DNA of 64,000 nt, from IMG/VR virus record IMGVR_UViG_3300029343_000516; one strand, 5' to 3'. Every line of letters starts with the position of its first letter. The first letter of the stretch is position 1. The stretch comes from a virus. This document shows positions 1 through 9,699 of this stretch, piece by piece. The position numbers and the translations under genes are program-made. The notes beneath the pieces were generated by a model. That model had not been told where the DNA came from. It saw nothing but the letters and a program-made list of their open reading frames with translations, and ran no database searches.

Positions 1-93
1 CTGATGTTTCAATATCCAAATAATATTCATTGGTCAACGGATCAACATATATCCGATTGTCTGGTGAATCATAATCACAACGATTACACATAT

Positions 94-741
94 TTATTCT
101 CCATTCTTTTTATTTTCAGTGATATTCTGATTGCAAAACCCATCAACAAAAATTTTAAAATTGGTATATAAATCCTCAATCGAATCAGCTACCATACTTG
201 TACAGGGATTGCTCATGAATAAACTATACTGCTTGTTCTTATCTAATCCATTAGTGTCCATATATTTTGAAAATGCATCCAAACATGTTCTTAGATAATT
301 ACACGCTGAAGCATATGTTTCAAACATATATGCTGTTTCTACTCCAAGCATATATTCTTTTTTCTGCTTGTCATATGTAATATCTATATCATTCATGGTA
401 TACATATTAGCTTCGTGACCAGATAAATCATCCCAGCTAGTTATTCCCCAAATGAATTTCCAATCATCTGTTTCTATACAACAATCTCCATATTTCTTAT
501 CCATTGCTTCATTATATTTTTCTTCTTTTTTATATGCTCTCTCAGTACGCCAATAATCAATTTGCTTGAATGGAAAAAGTTCAACGATTTTACCATAATA
601 TATATTTGATAATGAGTTACATTTACCAATTGGATAACCATATTCATCTTTCTCCCAACTGTCCATACAAGCATAATCATGATTCTTGTTAAGTTTTCTA
701 TATTTACAAAAAATACAACTATATTTTTCTAATAGTTTCAT
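94..741 (-). CDS. hypothetical protein (215 aa), Cys/Trp-rich
   Basis: Long ORF in the co-directional minus-strand array. The upstream gene stops inside GGAGAATAA just before its ATG. No recognisable motif. Confidence 0.5.
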   Translation of the reverse strand: MKLLEKYSCIFCKYRKLNKNHDYACMDSWEKDEYGYPIGKCNSLSNIYYGKIVELFPFKQIDYWRTERAYKKEEKYNEAMDKKYGDCCIETDDWKFIWGITSWDDLSGHEANMYTMNDIDITYDKQKKEYMLGVETAYMFETYASACNYLRTCLDAFSKYMDTNGLDKNKQYSLFMSNPCTSMVADSIEDLYTNFKIFVDGFCNQNITENKKNGE

Positions 742-747
742 AAATAT

Positions 748-1320
748 TTATTCTCCGCTCTTAATGATTTCTTTTAATGTTCTTGGTGTATAGTTTATAT
801 AACTTTTCATACATCCGACATTCCACATATTACATGGCTTATCATATAAAGCTGTCATCTGATATTTTACCTGCTGCATCATATTATCTTCGAAACCTGT
901 ATGTACATGACCGTAGAGATGATAGCTTCCGTAATAATGATTCTTAAAGCATGGAATTGGATAATGACATAAAACTATAATCTTACCATCACCAATATCG
1001 AGTTCCTTGTAATCAGCGATCTCACAAAATCTACTCTGTAATTCTCTGTTCTTTAACAACTTACCATCATGATTACCCTTGATTAGATGTATATTCCCAT
1101 TCAGATTGTTAAAAATTTCAATAGTTTTTGTTGCGTTGTACCACGAAATATCTCCAAGCAGGTATACATCATCATCAATTTCTACTGTATTATTCCAATT
1201 TTTAATAATCGTCTCGTCATTCTCTTCAATTGATTTAAAAGGTCTATTGTCAAATGCCATGCAGTTTTTATGTCCAAAATGTAAATCTGATATAAAATAA
1301 TTCATATAATTATTCTCCAA
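748..1320 (-). CDS. calcineurin-like metallophosphoesterase (possible RNA 3'-phosphatase / cyclic phosphodiesterase)
   Basis: Metallophosphatase motifs DLHFGH, GDISWY, GNHD and GHVH in the canonical order. Overlaps the RNA ligase gene by 11 nt, so the two are co-translated. Confidence 0.8.
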   Translation of the reverse strand: MENNYMNYFISDLHFGHKNCMAFDNRPFKSIEENDETIIKNWNNTVEIDDDVYLLGDISWYNATKTIEIFNNLNGNIHLIKGNHDGKLLKNRELQSRFCEIADYKELDIGDGKIIVLCHYPIPCFKNHYYGSYHLYGHVHTGFEDNMMQQVKYQMTALYDKPCNMWNVGCMKSYINYTPRTLKEIIKSGE

Positions 1321-2236
1321 AAATAATCTTCTTAGCCCAATTCATAGTTGTAGAACCACACATCTTGCCAAAGAATTCACCAGCTTCAACAACTAATTCA
1401 TTCTCTTCTTTTACACAATCCTCAAAAATTCTCTTAGGTAAATTCTGTGCAACAATTCTCATGTCTTGTGGCTCAATCTTTTGAGGTAAAATACCTTCAT
1501 CAATCATCTTGTATAATTCTTTTTGGACACGATTTTTTGTAACAATCTGCTCCACAATCTCAGAAGCCTTTGCTTTAGCTGCTAATTTCTGTGGATCTTC
1601 AACTTTCTGTCTATGGTTGTCCTTCTTGATTTCGCTAAACTGTGAATTTACAATCTTTAATACAAATGGAGTCCTTGAGTTTGGATTGTTAAGTTCTGTT
1701 TGATTCTTAACAACAATTCCTTCAGGAATATCTACCGCAATATCTGACTTGTGCATAAACGACATACAATGTTCCCATGAGATAAATTCTCCATCATAAA
1801 ATGTCTGTACATATCTCAAATTTAATTCGTCAGCAAGTCTCTTAACCTCTGATTGAGGTAAATAACATTCATTCTCTTTGTCATATACATCGTAAAAATA
1901 TGATTTACCATAGGCTTCTGGAATATATTTAATAGTATGCTTTGTAAGCCACTCCATGAAAAATACATAATTTGGATATTTTGAAAATGGTTCAACTGCC
2001 AATGTCTGCACCCAATTCCAAAATCCATTTAATGTATTGTTATAATCAAGAGTCTGCCTTCTCGAAAATGCAACTAACTTATTTGTTTCTTTATCATAAG
2101 CAATAGCTGAATTGCTTCCATCTACCTTTTCCTGAATTACAATATGATCTCCTACATGGAAACCACCTGTATTCGCTACTGTTAATTCCGTATCTTCTTT
2201 GATACGTGATATATCCATAAATTTCTTTTGTTCCAT
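1310..2236 (-). CDS. ATP-dependent RNA ligase-like nucleotidyltransferase (Rnl family)
   Basis: Motif I EKVDGSN (lysine adenylylation site, KxDGxN) near the N-terminus. Size 308 aa. Adjacent to a phosphoesterase, as in RNA repair cassettes. RNA rather than DNA ligase is an inference from the motif variant. Confidence 0.6.
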   Translation of the reverse strand: MEQKKFMDISRIKEDTELTVANTGGFHVGDHIVIQEKVDGSNSAIAYDKETNKLVAFSRRQTLDYNNTLNGFWNWVQTLAVEPFSKYPNYVFFMEWLTKHTIKYIPEAYGKSYFYDVYDKENECYLPQSEVKRLADELNLRYVQTFYDGEFISWEHCMSFMHKSDIAVDIPEGIVVKNQTELNNPNSRTPFVLKIVNSQFSEIKKDNHRQKVEDPQKLAAKAKASEIVEQIVTKNRVQKELYKMIDEGILPQKIEPQDMRIVAQNLPKRIFEDCVKEENELVVEAGEFFGKMCGSTTMNWAKKIIFGE

Positions 2237-2278
2237 TTTCAGTACCTCTCTTTCTATTTTTTATGTATATTTATTCTC

Positions 2279-2551
2279 TTATCTCAGCTCAATCTCACCA
2301 TATTTTAATGTGTTATCTTCAAACATTTTGTTACCCTGATATTTACCAATAAGACAACGTTTAAACGAGGTCGTAACACTGGTTATTGGTGATACGAATT
2401 TTAATTCTTGCTCAATTGGCTTAATTAACGTATCAAGCGTCTCTTTGTTTGCAAATATATACGGCTCATGCCCTTCTTGATATACGAATTCTGCAATTTT
2501 TGTATTTAACTTATCCACATTTATCTTATCTACTATTGAAAATGTCTCCAT
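2279..2551 (-). CDS. hypothetical protein (90 aa)
   Basis: ORF in the tight minus-strand array. Confidence 0.45.
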   Translation of the reverse strand: METFSIVDKINVDKLNTKIAEFVYQEGHEPYIFANKETLDTLIKPIEQELKFVSPITSVTTSFKRCLIGKYQGNKMFEDNTLKYGEIELR

Positions 2552-2591
2552 TTATTGTTCTCCTTTCCAAACTTTAAATATAACTTTTCCA

Positions 2592-2816
2592 CTATCCGTA
2601 AATACAAATATTATCTTTATTTAGGTAAATATGAGAAAAACCACCTATTGTATCCGAATTCATATCATGAATCAAAATTGTTTTATCACCGAATCTTTCT
2701 TTTACAGCTTGTAATAATTCAATGAATTCTGAAATCGTATATTGTCCTTCTTTTTCTAAATAAAGAGCTTTTGTATTGTTACCATAAAAATCTACCCAGT
2801 CTTGTTCTTTGATCAA
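2592..2816 (-). CDS. hypothetical protein (74 aa)
   Basis: ORF in the tight minus-strand array. Confidence 0.45.
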   Translation of the reverse strand: MIKEQDWVDFYGNNTKALYLEKEGQYTISEFIELLQAVKERFGDKTILIHDMNSDTIGGFSHIYLNKDNICIYG

Positions 2817-2864
2817 TAATTTCTTGCCTCCAAACTCTAAGAAATGCTTCTTTAATTGGATTGT

Positions 2865-3143
2865 TTATTCTCCCATCTGATCTACAATACTCTGTAACTT
2901 ATCAACATATATTTGAGCTTCTTCCTTATTATTTAGTTGCTTAATATCAGCAGGTACAAAAGCTAACTTCGATTCACCGAAAACATCATTATTCGAACAA
3001 ACTTTCATAAACTGGCACATAGTTTCGGCATCACCCCGATCTAAATCTGGCTGTAAACAAATCACATCACCCTCCTGTAGATGCAGTTTTCTAACTTTAA
3101 TAAGCGTCTGTTTAAATAACTTCTTTTTCTGTCTTTTGTTCAT
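2865..3143 (-). CDS. hypothetical protein (92 aa)
   Basis: ORF in the array; ends GGAGAATAA. Confidence 0.45.
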   Translation of the reverse strand: MNKRQKKKLFKQTLIKVRKLHLQEGDVICLQPDLDRGDAETMCQFMKVCSNNDVFGESKLAFVPADIKQLNNKEEAQIYVDKLQSIVDQMGE

Positions 3144-3147
3144 ATTG

Positions 3148-3399
3148 TTATTCTCCTTCGAATATTACTCTTATTGGCTTTATAGCTTCGTCATTTGTTG
3201 GTATAAGAAACACTTTGTCATTTCCAACCTGATCTTTAAATATTTTTGGAGCTTCAACAAATGTAACTCTTTTTGAGCTATCACTATCCAGCCACTCTTT
3301 AAACTTTTTAAGATTTTCTTTTTCAGAAATTGCAGCACATGGACTTACTTTATCTATTAACTCTAAAAATTTTTGTCTTTCATCTTGTGATAACTCCAT
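3148..3399 (-). CDS. hypothetical protein (83 aa)
   Basis: ORF in the array; 4 nt gap to neighbours. Confidence 0.45.
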   Translation of the reverse strand: MELSQDERQKFLELIDKVSPCAAISEKENLKKFKEWLDSDSSKRVTFVEAPKIFKDQVGNDKVFLIPTNDEAIKPIRVIFEGE

Positions 3400-3403
3400 A
3401 CTG

Positions 3404-3649
3404 TTATTCTCCTATTTCTACATGGTCATTATCCAACAAACCAAATTTTCGTAAATAGTACTGTTTGGTTTTATCATCGACTCTACAATAAAAATTATGT
3501 CTTCCTGACTTCTGCAAAGATAATGTATTAATATTAAGCTCTGCGTTCATAATAATCAGTAATTCGTTTAATGTAATATCATAGCAATGAAACGTTTCGC
3601 CTATTAGAAGCTTATAATATTTCTTCTCTAATTCTGTTGTTTCTTCCAT
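3404..3649 (-). CDS. hypothetical protein (81 aa)
   Basis: ORF in the array. Confidence 0.45.
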   Translation of the reverse strand: MEETTELEKKYYKLLIGETFHCYDITLNELLIIMNAELNINTLSLQKSGRHNFYCRVDDKTKQYYLRKFGLLDNDHVEIGE

Positions 3650-3661
3650 ATTGACACCATC

Positions 3662-4054
3662 CTACACTTCTATATATTCCAATATCCAACTGTCGTATTT
3701 ATTTTCTTTAATTAATTGCTGATATAAATTTATCCATTCTTGTGCTGAAAGACCTTTGTACCTCCAAACGCATTCTTTCCAATGTCTGTGTATAAAATGA
3801 CCTCTTGTTTTTAACTCAATACATTTCACACATTTATCGTATAATTTCTTGGAATACCAATTCGATCTCCTTCTATTCCAGCCATTAATCCCGTTATCTA
3901 TAAATGCTTCAGTCGGATCATATCTGCTTCTCATATCAGTAAGAGTTCTGTCGTATAACTCAGTTTTTGCATTGTATAAACAATGAAGCAGAAAATAGAT
4001 GTCTTCATAATCATTTTTAAAATTCCATTCTTCAATATTTAAATCAAAATACAT
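3662..4054 (-). CDS. hypothetical protein (130 aa), Trp/Tyr-rich
   Basis: ORF in the array. Confidence 0.45.
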   Translation of the reverse strand: MYFDLNIEEWNFKNDYEDIYFLLHCLYNAKTELYDRTLTDMRSRYDPTEAFIDNGINGWNRRRSNWYSKKLYDKCVKCIELKTRGHFIHRHWKECVWRYKGLSAQEWINLYQQLIKENKYDSWILEYIEV

Positions 4055-4557
4055 TATTCTTCATTCCTTACTACATTAAACTTAATTGGTAACATAGCCG
4101 TAAATCTACTCTTCATCCAAGGTTTTTCTTTTGTTGCAAATTGATCACCAAATTCTTCTGCTAATACAAAATCTCCGACAGTGTAGACAATAGAATATCC
4201 AGTTAAATCTTTTGGAATCTCCTTATTTACATTACAGGTTTTAAGATGAATCATTTTATCTATGCACTCACCCATTAAATCTTGAAAGAATACAAACGTT
4301 CCATCACAATTGCAACGCTGCATTGTGAAATATTCAAAATCTGCATCTGGATCATGCTTAATAATTACATTAAAATAAGGTTTGTCGCCTTTAAGATAAG
4401 GTACATCTGCTAAAATTTTTCCATTTTTGGTGTAATTAACAACCGTAAATAACTCTCGTATGTCCTGTTCAATCATGGATTCATATTTATTATTCTCCAT
4501 GCCATTGCACTGACCTGACGCAATTCGTTCTTTTACAAATTCTAATGATTTACTCAT
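4054..4557 (-). CDS. hypothetical protein (167 aa)
   Basis: ORF in the array; start overlaps the upstream stop. Confidence 0.45.
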   Translation of the reverse strand: MSKSLEFVKERIASGQCNGMENNKYESMIEQDIRELFTVVNYTKNGKILADVPYLKGDKPYFNVIIKHDPDADFEYFTMQRCNCDGTFVFFQDLMGECIDKMIHLKTCNVNKEIPKDLTGYSIVYTVGDFVLAEEFGDQFATKEKPWMKSRFTAMLPIKFNVVRNEE

Positions 4558-4596
4558 AATTTACCTCCTCAAATGAAACGTGGTTTTCTTATTGGT

Positions 4597-5139
4597 TTAT
4601 TCTCCTAATGGTCTTTCATATGTAACTAATTTTTCAACAATTAGATCCTTTGGTAATAAATCTCTACAGAAATATGCCGTTGCAAATGGACTACCTTTTA
4701 CTACAGAGTCCATATGCTCTTTATTGTGATAGCAAATTCTTGCATCAAAACTAAGAATCTGAATACCATCTTTGAAATATTTATATCTTGTTTTACCTTG
4801 TAGGGAATTAAGCGGTAGAAGAACCGCAAATGGTTTGTTAAATGAATAAAGTCTTTCTAAGACTTTATCTTTGATTGAGAATGGTGGATTGCTAACTATG
4901 ATATCCCATTTTTCAGGTTCATAATTAAAAAAATCCTGACCTTCAGCTAATGAACTTCTGACTACATTGTATCCTTCCTCTTTTAGCCTGTTGTAGAAAG
5001 CAGACCAATTTTCATCAAATGGACACCATATAATTTTATCCTTTGGAAGATATTTAATAATATGATCTGTTGCGTAATAGGGCGTGTATAACTCATTATC
5101 TTCCTTATCTGATGTTAAATATCCAATATTTAATGCCAA
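4597..5139 (-). CDS. phage-type small DNA N6-adenine methyltransferase (T1-Dam-like, NPPF motif)
   Basis: YTPYY...CPFDEN...WDIIVSNPPFS is the architecture of the small phage Dam family (WxTP ... NPPY/F). Apparent TTG start with no obvious SD, so the start is uncertain. Confidence 0.55.
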   Translation of the reverse strand: MALNIGYLTSDKEDNELYTPYYATDHIIKYLPKDKIIWCPFDENWSAFYNRLKEEGYNVVRSSLAEGQDFFNYEPEKWDIIVSNPPFSIKDKVLERLYSFNKPFAVLLPLNSLQGKTRYKYFKDGIQILSFDARICYHNKEHMDSVVKGSPFATAYFCRDLLPKDLIVEKLVTYERPLGE

Positions 5140-5227
5140 AATTTGTTCACCAATAGTAGCTGCGCAGCTTTACTCACATGTGAACATTTTCCTTTCTTTA
5201 ATTGTAATTACATTGTTATATTCTCTG

Positions 5228-5425
5228 TTACTTTTTTCTAATGTCCCATAAATAGGGACTGCTACATCCACAATTATGAATACCGTCTCCAAGAACACAT
5301 CTTCTACAATCTTCATATTCTTCATGTGTTCTACAATACTCTTTAACTGTATTTATAGCATTTATGATTTCTTCATTTATGGATTCTGATTCAATATACT
5401 CTCTTTCTTCAATTCTCATAATCAA
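5228..5425 (-). CDS. hypothetical Cys-rich small protein (65 aa)
   Basis: ORF with a CxxC...HNCGC cysteine cluster. Confidence 0.4.
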   Translation of the reverse strand: MIMRIEEREYIESESINEEIINAINTVKEYCRTHEEYEDCRRCVLGDGIHNCGCSSPYLWDIRKK

Positions 5426-5485
5426 TCACCTTTGTCCTGAATATTGTATAGTTTTCGTGACAAGCAAAGAAACCAAAATTTCTTG

Positions 5486-5872
5486 TTATTTTTTGTCCAA
5501 ATAAACTATATTATCTACATTATAGTGAAACCCACCTATCTCTCCATTAAACCTACCTTTGACATACCACGCATAAGGACTGATACCTTCATTCATTTTC
5601 TCTGCAAGTTCATCAGCTTTTCTTTGATGTTCATCAGCTTCATTTTGCATAGATATTTTTTGAGAATCCCATATAAGATTTGGAATTGTATCTACACACT
5701 TTCTATACATCTCAGACTCTTTTATATATTCTCTTATCACTTTTGTCATTTTGGGAATATTGTCTTTTAATATTGGTTCATTGCTAAGTCCATATGGATA
5801 TAGGATTAAAACACTTCTGTCTATACATTCCATAGATATTAATTCTTGTACACAAGACTTTGGTTCTATCAA
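5486..5872 (-). CDS. hypothetical protein (128 aa)
   Basis: ORF in the array. Confidence 0.45.
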   Translation of the reverse strand: MIEPKSCVQELISMECIDRSVLILYPYGLSNEPILKDNIPKMTKVIREYIKESEMYRKCVDTIPNLIWDSQKISMQNEADEHQRKADELAEKMNEGISPYAWYVKGRFNGEIGGFHYNVDNIVYLDKK

Positions 5873-5891
5873 ATTATCACCTCCCAGATAT

Positions 5892-6626
5892 TTATTCTCT
5901 TATTTCAAATAACTTTTCTACTGCTTTAACTCGCTTTGTATTGTCAATCGTTCTTTTGACTTCCTGTTGCCAAATACATTCCCATTCTGAAGGAGCTTCA
6001 TGCTCACTGACTAAGACAATATTCCTCTCACTCATCTTCTCAGCCCAATTCCAAAATCTGTCATAATCAAAGTTCTTACTTGATCCATATTGTTTCGTAC
6101 CCTTATATGGAATATCGCAATAAAATAAGCAGTCAACTTTATCAGAATATAACTCTTCATAATCTCCACATTGGAATTGAATATCTTCTAACCTTGGAAT
6201 TTGTTCTAACAAATTTCTCTTAGCTTCGTCATAATAATTTCTTTCAGTTCCAGCTTTTGTATGTACGATACCTGAGTAACCGCCATCAAAGAATCTGCCG
6301 TTATAACTTGAGAGAAAACCAACTGCTCCAATATACCAATCAGGATATGTAGACAATCTTTTGTTAAAGCACTCTCTTACATCTGAATAGTGTTCTTTTG
6401 TAATAAATTCTGGGAGATTTTGAATCTGATTTAGATTCTTGAACATTTCAATAAGATATTTATGATTGTCAGAAGCGATTTTTGTGTCACACTGAACTTT
6501 GTCGATTACATTACAACCACCGCAAAATGGCTCTATGTATGTTTTGATATTATAATCTCGCAATCTTTCTTGAATAATCGGTAAAATATTATCAACTATA
6601 CGAGATTTTGAACCCATATATTTCAT
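5892..6626 (-). CDS. dam: Dam-family DNA adenine methyltransferase (D12 class N6-A MTase)
   Basis: N-terminal MKYMGSKSR (Dam YxGxK motif), FCGGCNV (SAM-binding motif I) and DIPY (DPPY catalytic motif IV). 244 aa. Confidence 0.75.
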   Translation of the reverse strand: MKYMGSKSRIVDNILPIIQERLRDYNIKTYIEPFCGGCNVIDKVQCDTKIASDNHKYLIEMFKNLNQIQNLPEFITKEHYSDVRECFNKRLSTYPDWYIGAVGFLSSYNGRFFDGGYSGIVHTKAGTERNYYDEAKRNLLEQIPRLEDIQFQCGDYEELYSDKVDCLFYCDIPYKGTKQYGSSKNFDYDRFWNWAEKMSERNIVLVSEHEAPSEWECIWQQEVKRTIDNTKRVKAVEKLFEIRE

Positions 6627-6695
6627 AAATTACTTGGAGTAAGGAATTCCTTCTTGTGTACACGAACCTCGTCTCCTTTCATTATTCTTATTCTC

Positions 6696-6980
6696 TTAAT
6701 TTTCCCAATCTAATGCCTGACCGCATTGATCACAATATTTAATGTCGATATCTTTGTAGCCATCATCACACAATATTTCTCCGCAAGTAGGACAATACCA
6801 TTCAAACGGAATTCTCTCTCCGCTATTTTTTACTTTCTTTGGTGTCTGCTTTTCAAGTGCCTGTATTGCCATTCCATAAGCATTTTCAAAAGAACATCCC
6901 CATGAAGTATCACATGGGATTGCTTTACCAAGTTCATTACAATCATATTTTAGTTCTTCGATAGCTTCACTTTCTGTCAT
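6696..6980 (-). CDS. hypothetical zinc-ribbon protein (94 aa)
   Basis: Paired CxxC motifs (CPTCGE ... CDQCGQ). Confidence 0.45.
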   Translation of the reverse strand: MTESEAIEELKYDCNELGKAIPCDTSWGCSFENAYGMAIQALEKQTPKKVKNSGERIPFEWYCPTCGEILCDDGYKDIDIKYCDQCGQALDWEN

Positions 6981-7023
6981 TTGTCACCTCCTAAATCACC
7001 AAGAAACTTCGGTTTACTGTGGT

Positions 7024-7350
7024 CTATAAAATTTCATCTAAAGCACACTCAATTTCATTAATAATTTCTTGCTTAGTAATTTCATAACCTTCCATCATTT
7101 CATCAATAGGTAAGTGATTTCTAAGTACAATATAAAGATATTCTGCGATACCAGTAGTGTCATACCCTTCAACTGTTAAACCTTCTGCTAAAGGTTGAAT
7201 AAAACCATTTCTGATATGATGTGCAAATTTATCTGCACCAATAATAATCTTATTACCTTTTGGAATTTTCACCTTTTCACCTGATAATGCCTTTTCAATT
7301 TCTACATCTTCTGTTGAGGTCAAAATCTGACCAATCTTGTAATCTGCCAT
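7024..7350 (-). CDS. hypothetical protein (108 aa)
   Basis: ORF in the array. Confidence 0.45.
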   Translation of the reverse strand: MADYKIGQILTSTEDVEIEKALSGEKVKIPKGNKIIIGADKFAHHIRNGFIQPLAEGLTVEGYDTTGIAEYLYIVLRNHLPIDEMMEGYEITKQEIINEIECALDEIL

Positions 7351-7495
7351 ACTACTTCTCCTTTATTATCTCAAAATCTTACTTAATCTCTTCACAACTT
7401 CTTCGCAAAATCTGTACAAACAAGTCTTCTTAAATGCTATTCTCAAATCATCAACAGTTTGTCTATATTGCTGACGTAATTCGTTGTCTATCATA

Positions 7496-7768
7496 CTATT
7501 CCTTCTTCTCAATAATAGTTACAGTACCCTCAAACACTCCAAAATTTGATGATTGTTGAAATGTATGCGTCTCCGCAATGTCGTCATCTGTCATAGGTCT
7601 TGTAAGATACCATAATGAATCATCTTTCCATGTAATCTCTTCAAGTTTCTGGTTTGGTTCAAGCTCAATTGTTGTTGATCCGCCAAAATCTTTTGTAACA
7701 GATTGGCATCCAGTCATTCCAAAACACAATGTTAATCCTAATGCAATTGCTAAAATTTTCTTCTTCAT
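7496..7768 (-). CDS. putative lipoprotein (90 aa)
   Basis: Signal peptide MKKKILAIALGLTLCFGMTGC with a lipobox Cys. Strong SD GGAGGA upstream. Confidence 0.55.
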   Translation of the reverse strand: MKKKILAIALGLTLCFGMTGCQSVTKDFGGSTTIELEPNQKLEEITWKDDSLWYLTRPMTDDDIAETHTFQQSSNFGVFEGTVTIIEKKE

Positions 7769-7773
7769 ATGAT

Positions 7774-7923
7774 TTATTCATCCTCCTTTAACACAAGAAT
7801 TGCTTTATAGTATCTACTATTGCATGAACTGGATTCTACTTTGTATCCATCATCCAAATAATCATTCATAGCATTCTCAAAATCATTGCTGTTTTCCATT
7901 TCTAAAATTACACAGTTCTTCAT
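7774..7923 (-). CDS. hypothetical small protein (49 aa)
   Basis: Unlisted short ORF MKNCVILEMENSN... with SD AAGGAGAA 8 nt upstream. Fills the gap between flanking genes. Confidence 0.35.
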   Translation of the reverse strand: MKNCVILEMENSNDFENAMNDYLDDGYKVESSSCNSRYYKAILVLKEDE

Positions 7924-7928
7924 ATTGT

Positions 7929-8189
7929 TTATTCTCCTTTGCTATATCCAGTCTCTTCAAGGAATTTATCAAATTCCTCTTTTGTCATATTGTTTGGATA
8001 ATACATGTCCATCACCATATCAAATGGCTGCAAATAATTATCTAACACATCTTCAGCATCTTCTTTTGCTTCCTGCATTTTCATATTGATATAATCTTCT
8101 TTCGTCATGTTCCATGCTGTAGGACAATCCGTGATACTCGAAAATCTACAATATAATCCATTTGGTTGCTTTGATACAAATCCTGCCAT
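7929..8189 (-). CDS. hypothetical protein (86 aa)
   Basis: ORF in the array. Confidence 0.45.
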   Translation of the reverse strand: MAGFVSKQPNGLYCRFSSITDCPTAWNMTKEDYINMKMQEAKEDAEDVLDNYLQPFDMVMDMYYPNNMTKEEFDKFLEETGYSKGE

Positions 8190-8190
8190 A

Positions 8191-8829
8191 TTATTCTCCT
8201 AATTCTTTTAGTGCATTAACAAGTTCAGCGAGTCTTGGATTCTCAGGATGCTCTTTTACCATCCTTTCATATAAAGCAATATTATTCATCTTTTCAATCT
8301 CAGACTTTAACTCTTTCTCAATAGAAGCTTTCTGCTTTGCGATTTCTTTCTGACGATTTTCCTCATCAATTCTTGCATTATACGCATTCATATTAACAAC
8401 TCCAACGACCTGTGCCGTTACGCACTTGCCATATGCTTCTACTGATCTTACTTCTTTTAAAATTCCAAGGACTCTATTATCTTTTCCTCTTGCATTTACA
8501 ATCACATATAACGGATGTTTTGTATCGTACTTAACAATTTCATTCATATCTTCATCATATAAAGCAAATCCATAATCCTTCTTATTGTAATCATCTACCA
8601 AATTTACAATCGCCACTTTATTAAATCCTGTCATTTTATTATCCTCACTTTCAACTTTTTCTACTGATAAAACGTTATATCCTTGTTTTCTATTCTTTAA
8701 TTGAACCATAACATATTTCTGTGTACCTACATTATATGTATCTATAACAAATCCAGTCTGTCCCCTACTATTACAAGAACTTTTTATTATCACTTTATCA
8801 TTTATCTGAATATTCCTCATAGGCTGCAC
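8191..8829 (-). CDS. hypothetical protein (212 aa), C-terminal coiled coil
   Basis: ORF in the array. Confidence 0.45.
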   Translation of the reverse strand: MQPMRNIQINDKVIIKSSCNSRGQTGFVIDTYNVGTQKYVMVQLKNRKQGYNVLSVEKVESEDNKMTGFNKVAIVNLVDDYNKKDYGFALYDEDMNEIVKYDTKHPLYVIVNARGKDNRVLGILKEVRSVEAYGKCVTAQVVGVVNMNAYNARIDEENRQKEIAKQKASIEKELKSEIEKMNNIALYERMVKEHPENPRLAELVNALKELGE

Positions 8830-8841
8830 CTCCTATTATTT

Positions 8842-9378
8842 TTATTCTCCTAACTGTTCTAAGAACTCATTGCCACAATCACAAAATTCTCTAATCATAG
8901 ACTTCATTAATCCCCATGACATACCAGAATGTCCCTGATTTTTCATAATTTCAATTCCATCTTGGATAGATTTTTCTTTAACAGTTTTGATAATATCTAA
9001 GCACTGACCAAGTTCCATTCCTCTGTATAGATCATTAAGTCGAATAGGAACACATTTATCCCACGTATTCCATTTATCTTTAGATAAAACCTTATGACCT
9101 TCTTCTATCCAATATTTTGATAATTCAGGGATTTTTCTTTTATGTTCTTCCTCTTCACGAATTAATCTTTGACGACTTTCTTCTTGCTCTTTATTAAATT
9201 CGTCAAAAGTTTTACCTATACAAAGCATATAAGCATCATCTAAAGACATATCAGATGTTAGTTTATTCTCATTGAATTCACCGCAATATTTATTTCCATC
9301 CTTTGCTCTTTCGTGTAATTCTTTTACAGCTCGTTCAATAGTCCAACCGCAACAAAAATCAATCTCTCTATATTCCAT
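8842..9378 (-). CDS. hypothetical protein (178 aa)
   Basis: ORF in the array; ends GGAGAATAA. Confidence 0.45.
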   Translation of the reverse strand: MEYREIDFCCGWTIERAVKELHERAKDGNKYCGEFNENKLTSDMSLDDAYMLCIGKTFDEFNKEQEESRQRLIREEEEHKRKIPELSKYWIEEGHKVLSKDKWNTWDKCVPIRLNDLYRGMELGQCLDIIKTVKEKSIQDGIEIMKNQGHSGMSWGLMKSMIREFCDCGNEFLEQLGE

Positions 9379-9397
9379 ATTGCTACCTCCTGTTAAT

Positions 9398-9631
9398 TTA
9401 TTCTCCTAATCCATATCTTCTTAACCATTCTTTTTTATTTAATGTAGTTACACCACGTTTCTTTTGTTCTTTCCATACCTTGATAGCATATTCTTTTGTC
9501 ATTCCTGGCACTGGATAATGTATTACTGATTTTGAAATTGTATATGGTTTTCCTATAGAAATCATCTTCAACAAATCTAATAAATTAGTCATAAATATAT
9601 TCTCCTTTGATATTAATAAGAGTACATTCAT
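9398..9631 (-). CDS. hypothetical protein (77 aa), first gene of an operon
   Basis: ORF preceded by SD AAAGGAGAA and a 285-nt non-coding leader. Confidence 0.45.
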   Translation of the reverse strand: MNVLLLISKENIFMTNLLDLLKMISIGKPYTISKSVIHYPVPGMTKEYAIKVWKEQKKRGVTTLNKKEWLRRYGLGE

Positions 9632-9699
9632 TTCTGTACTCTATGAGAGCATCCTTATTCCTTATCATCACATGTTAGGATTGAGGTTTGTTCCAAGGC

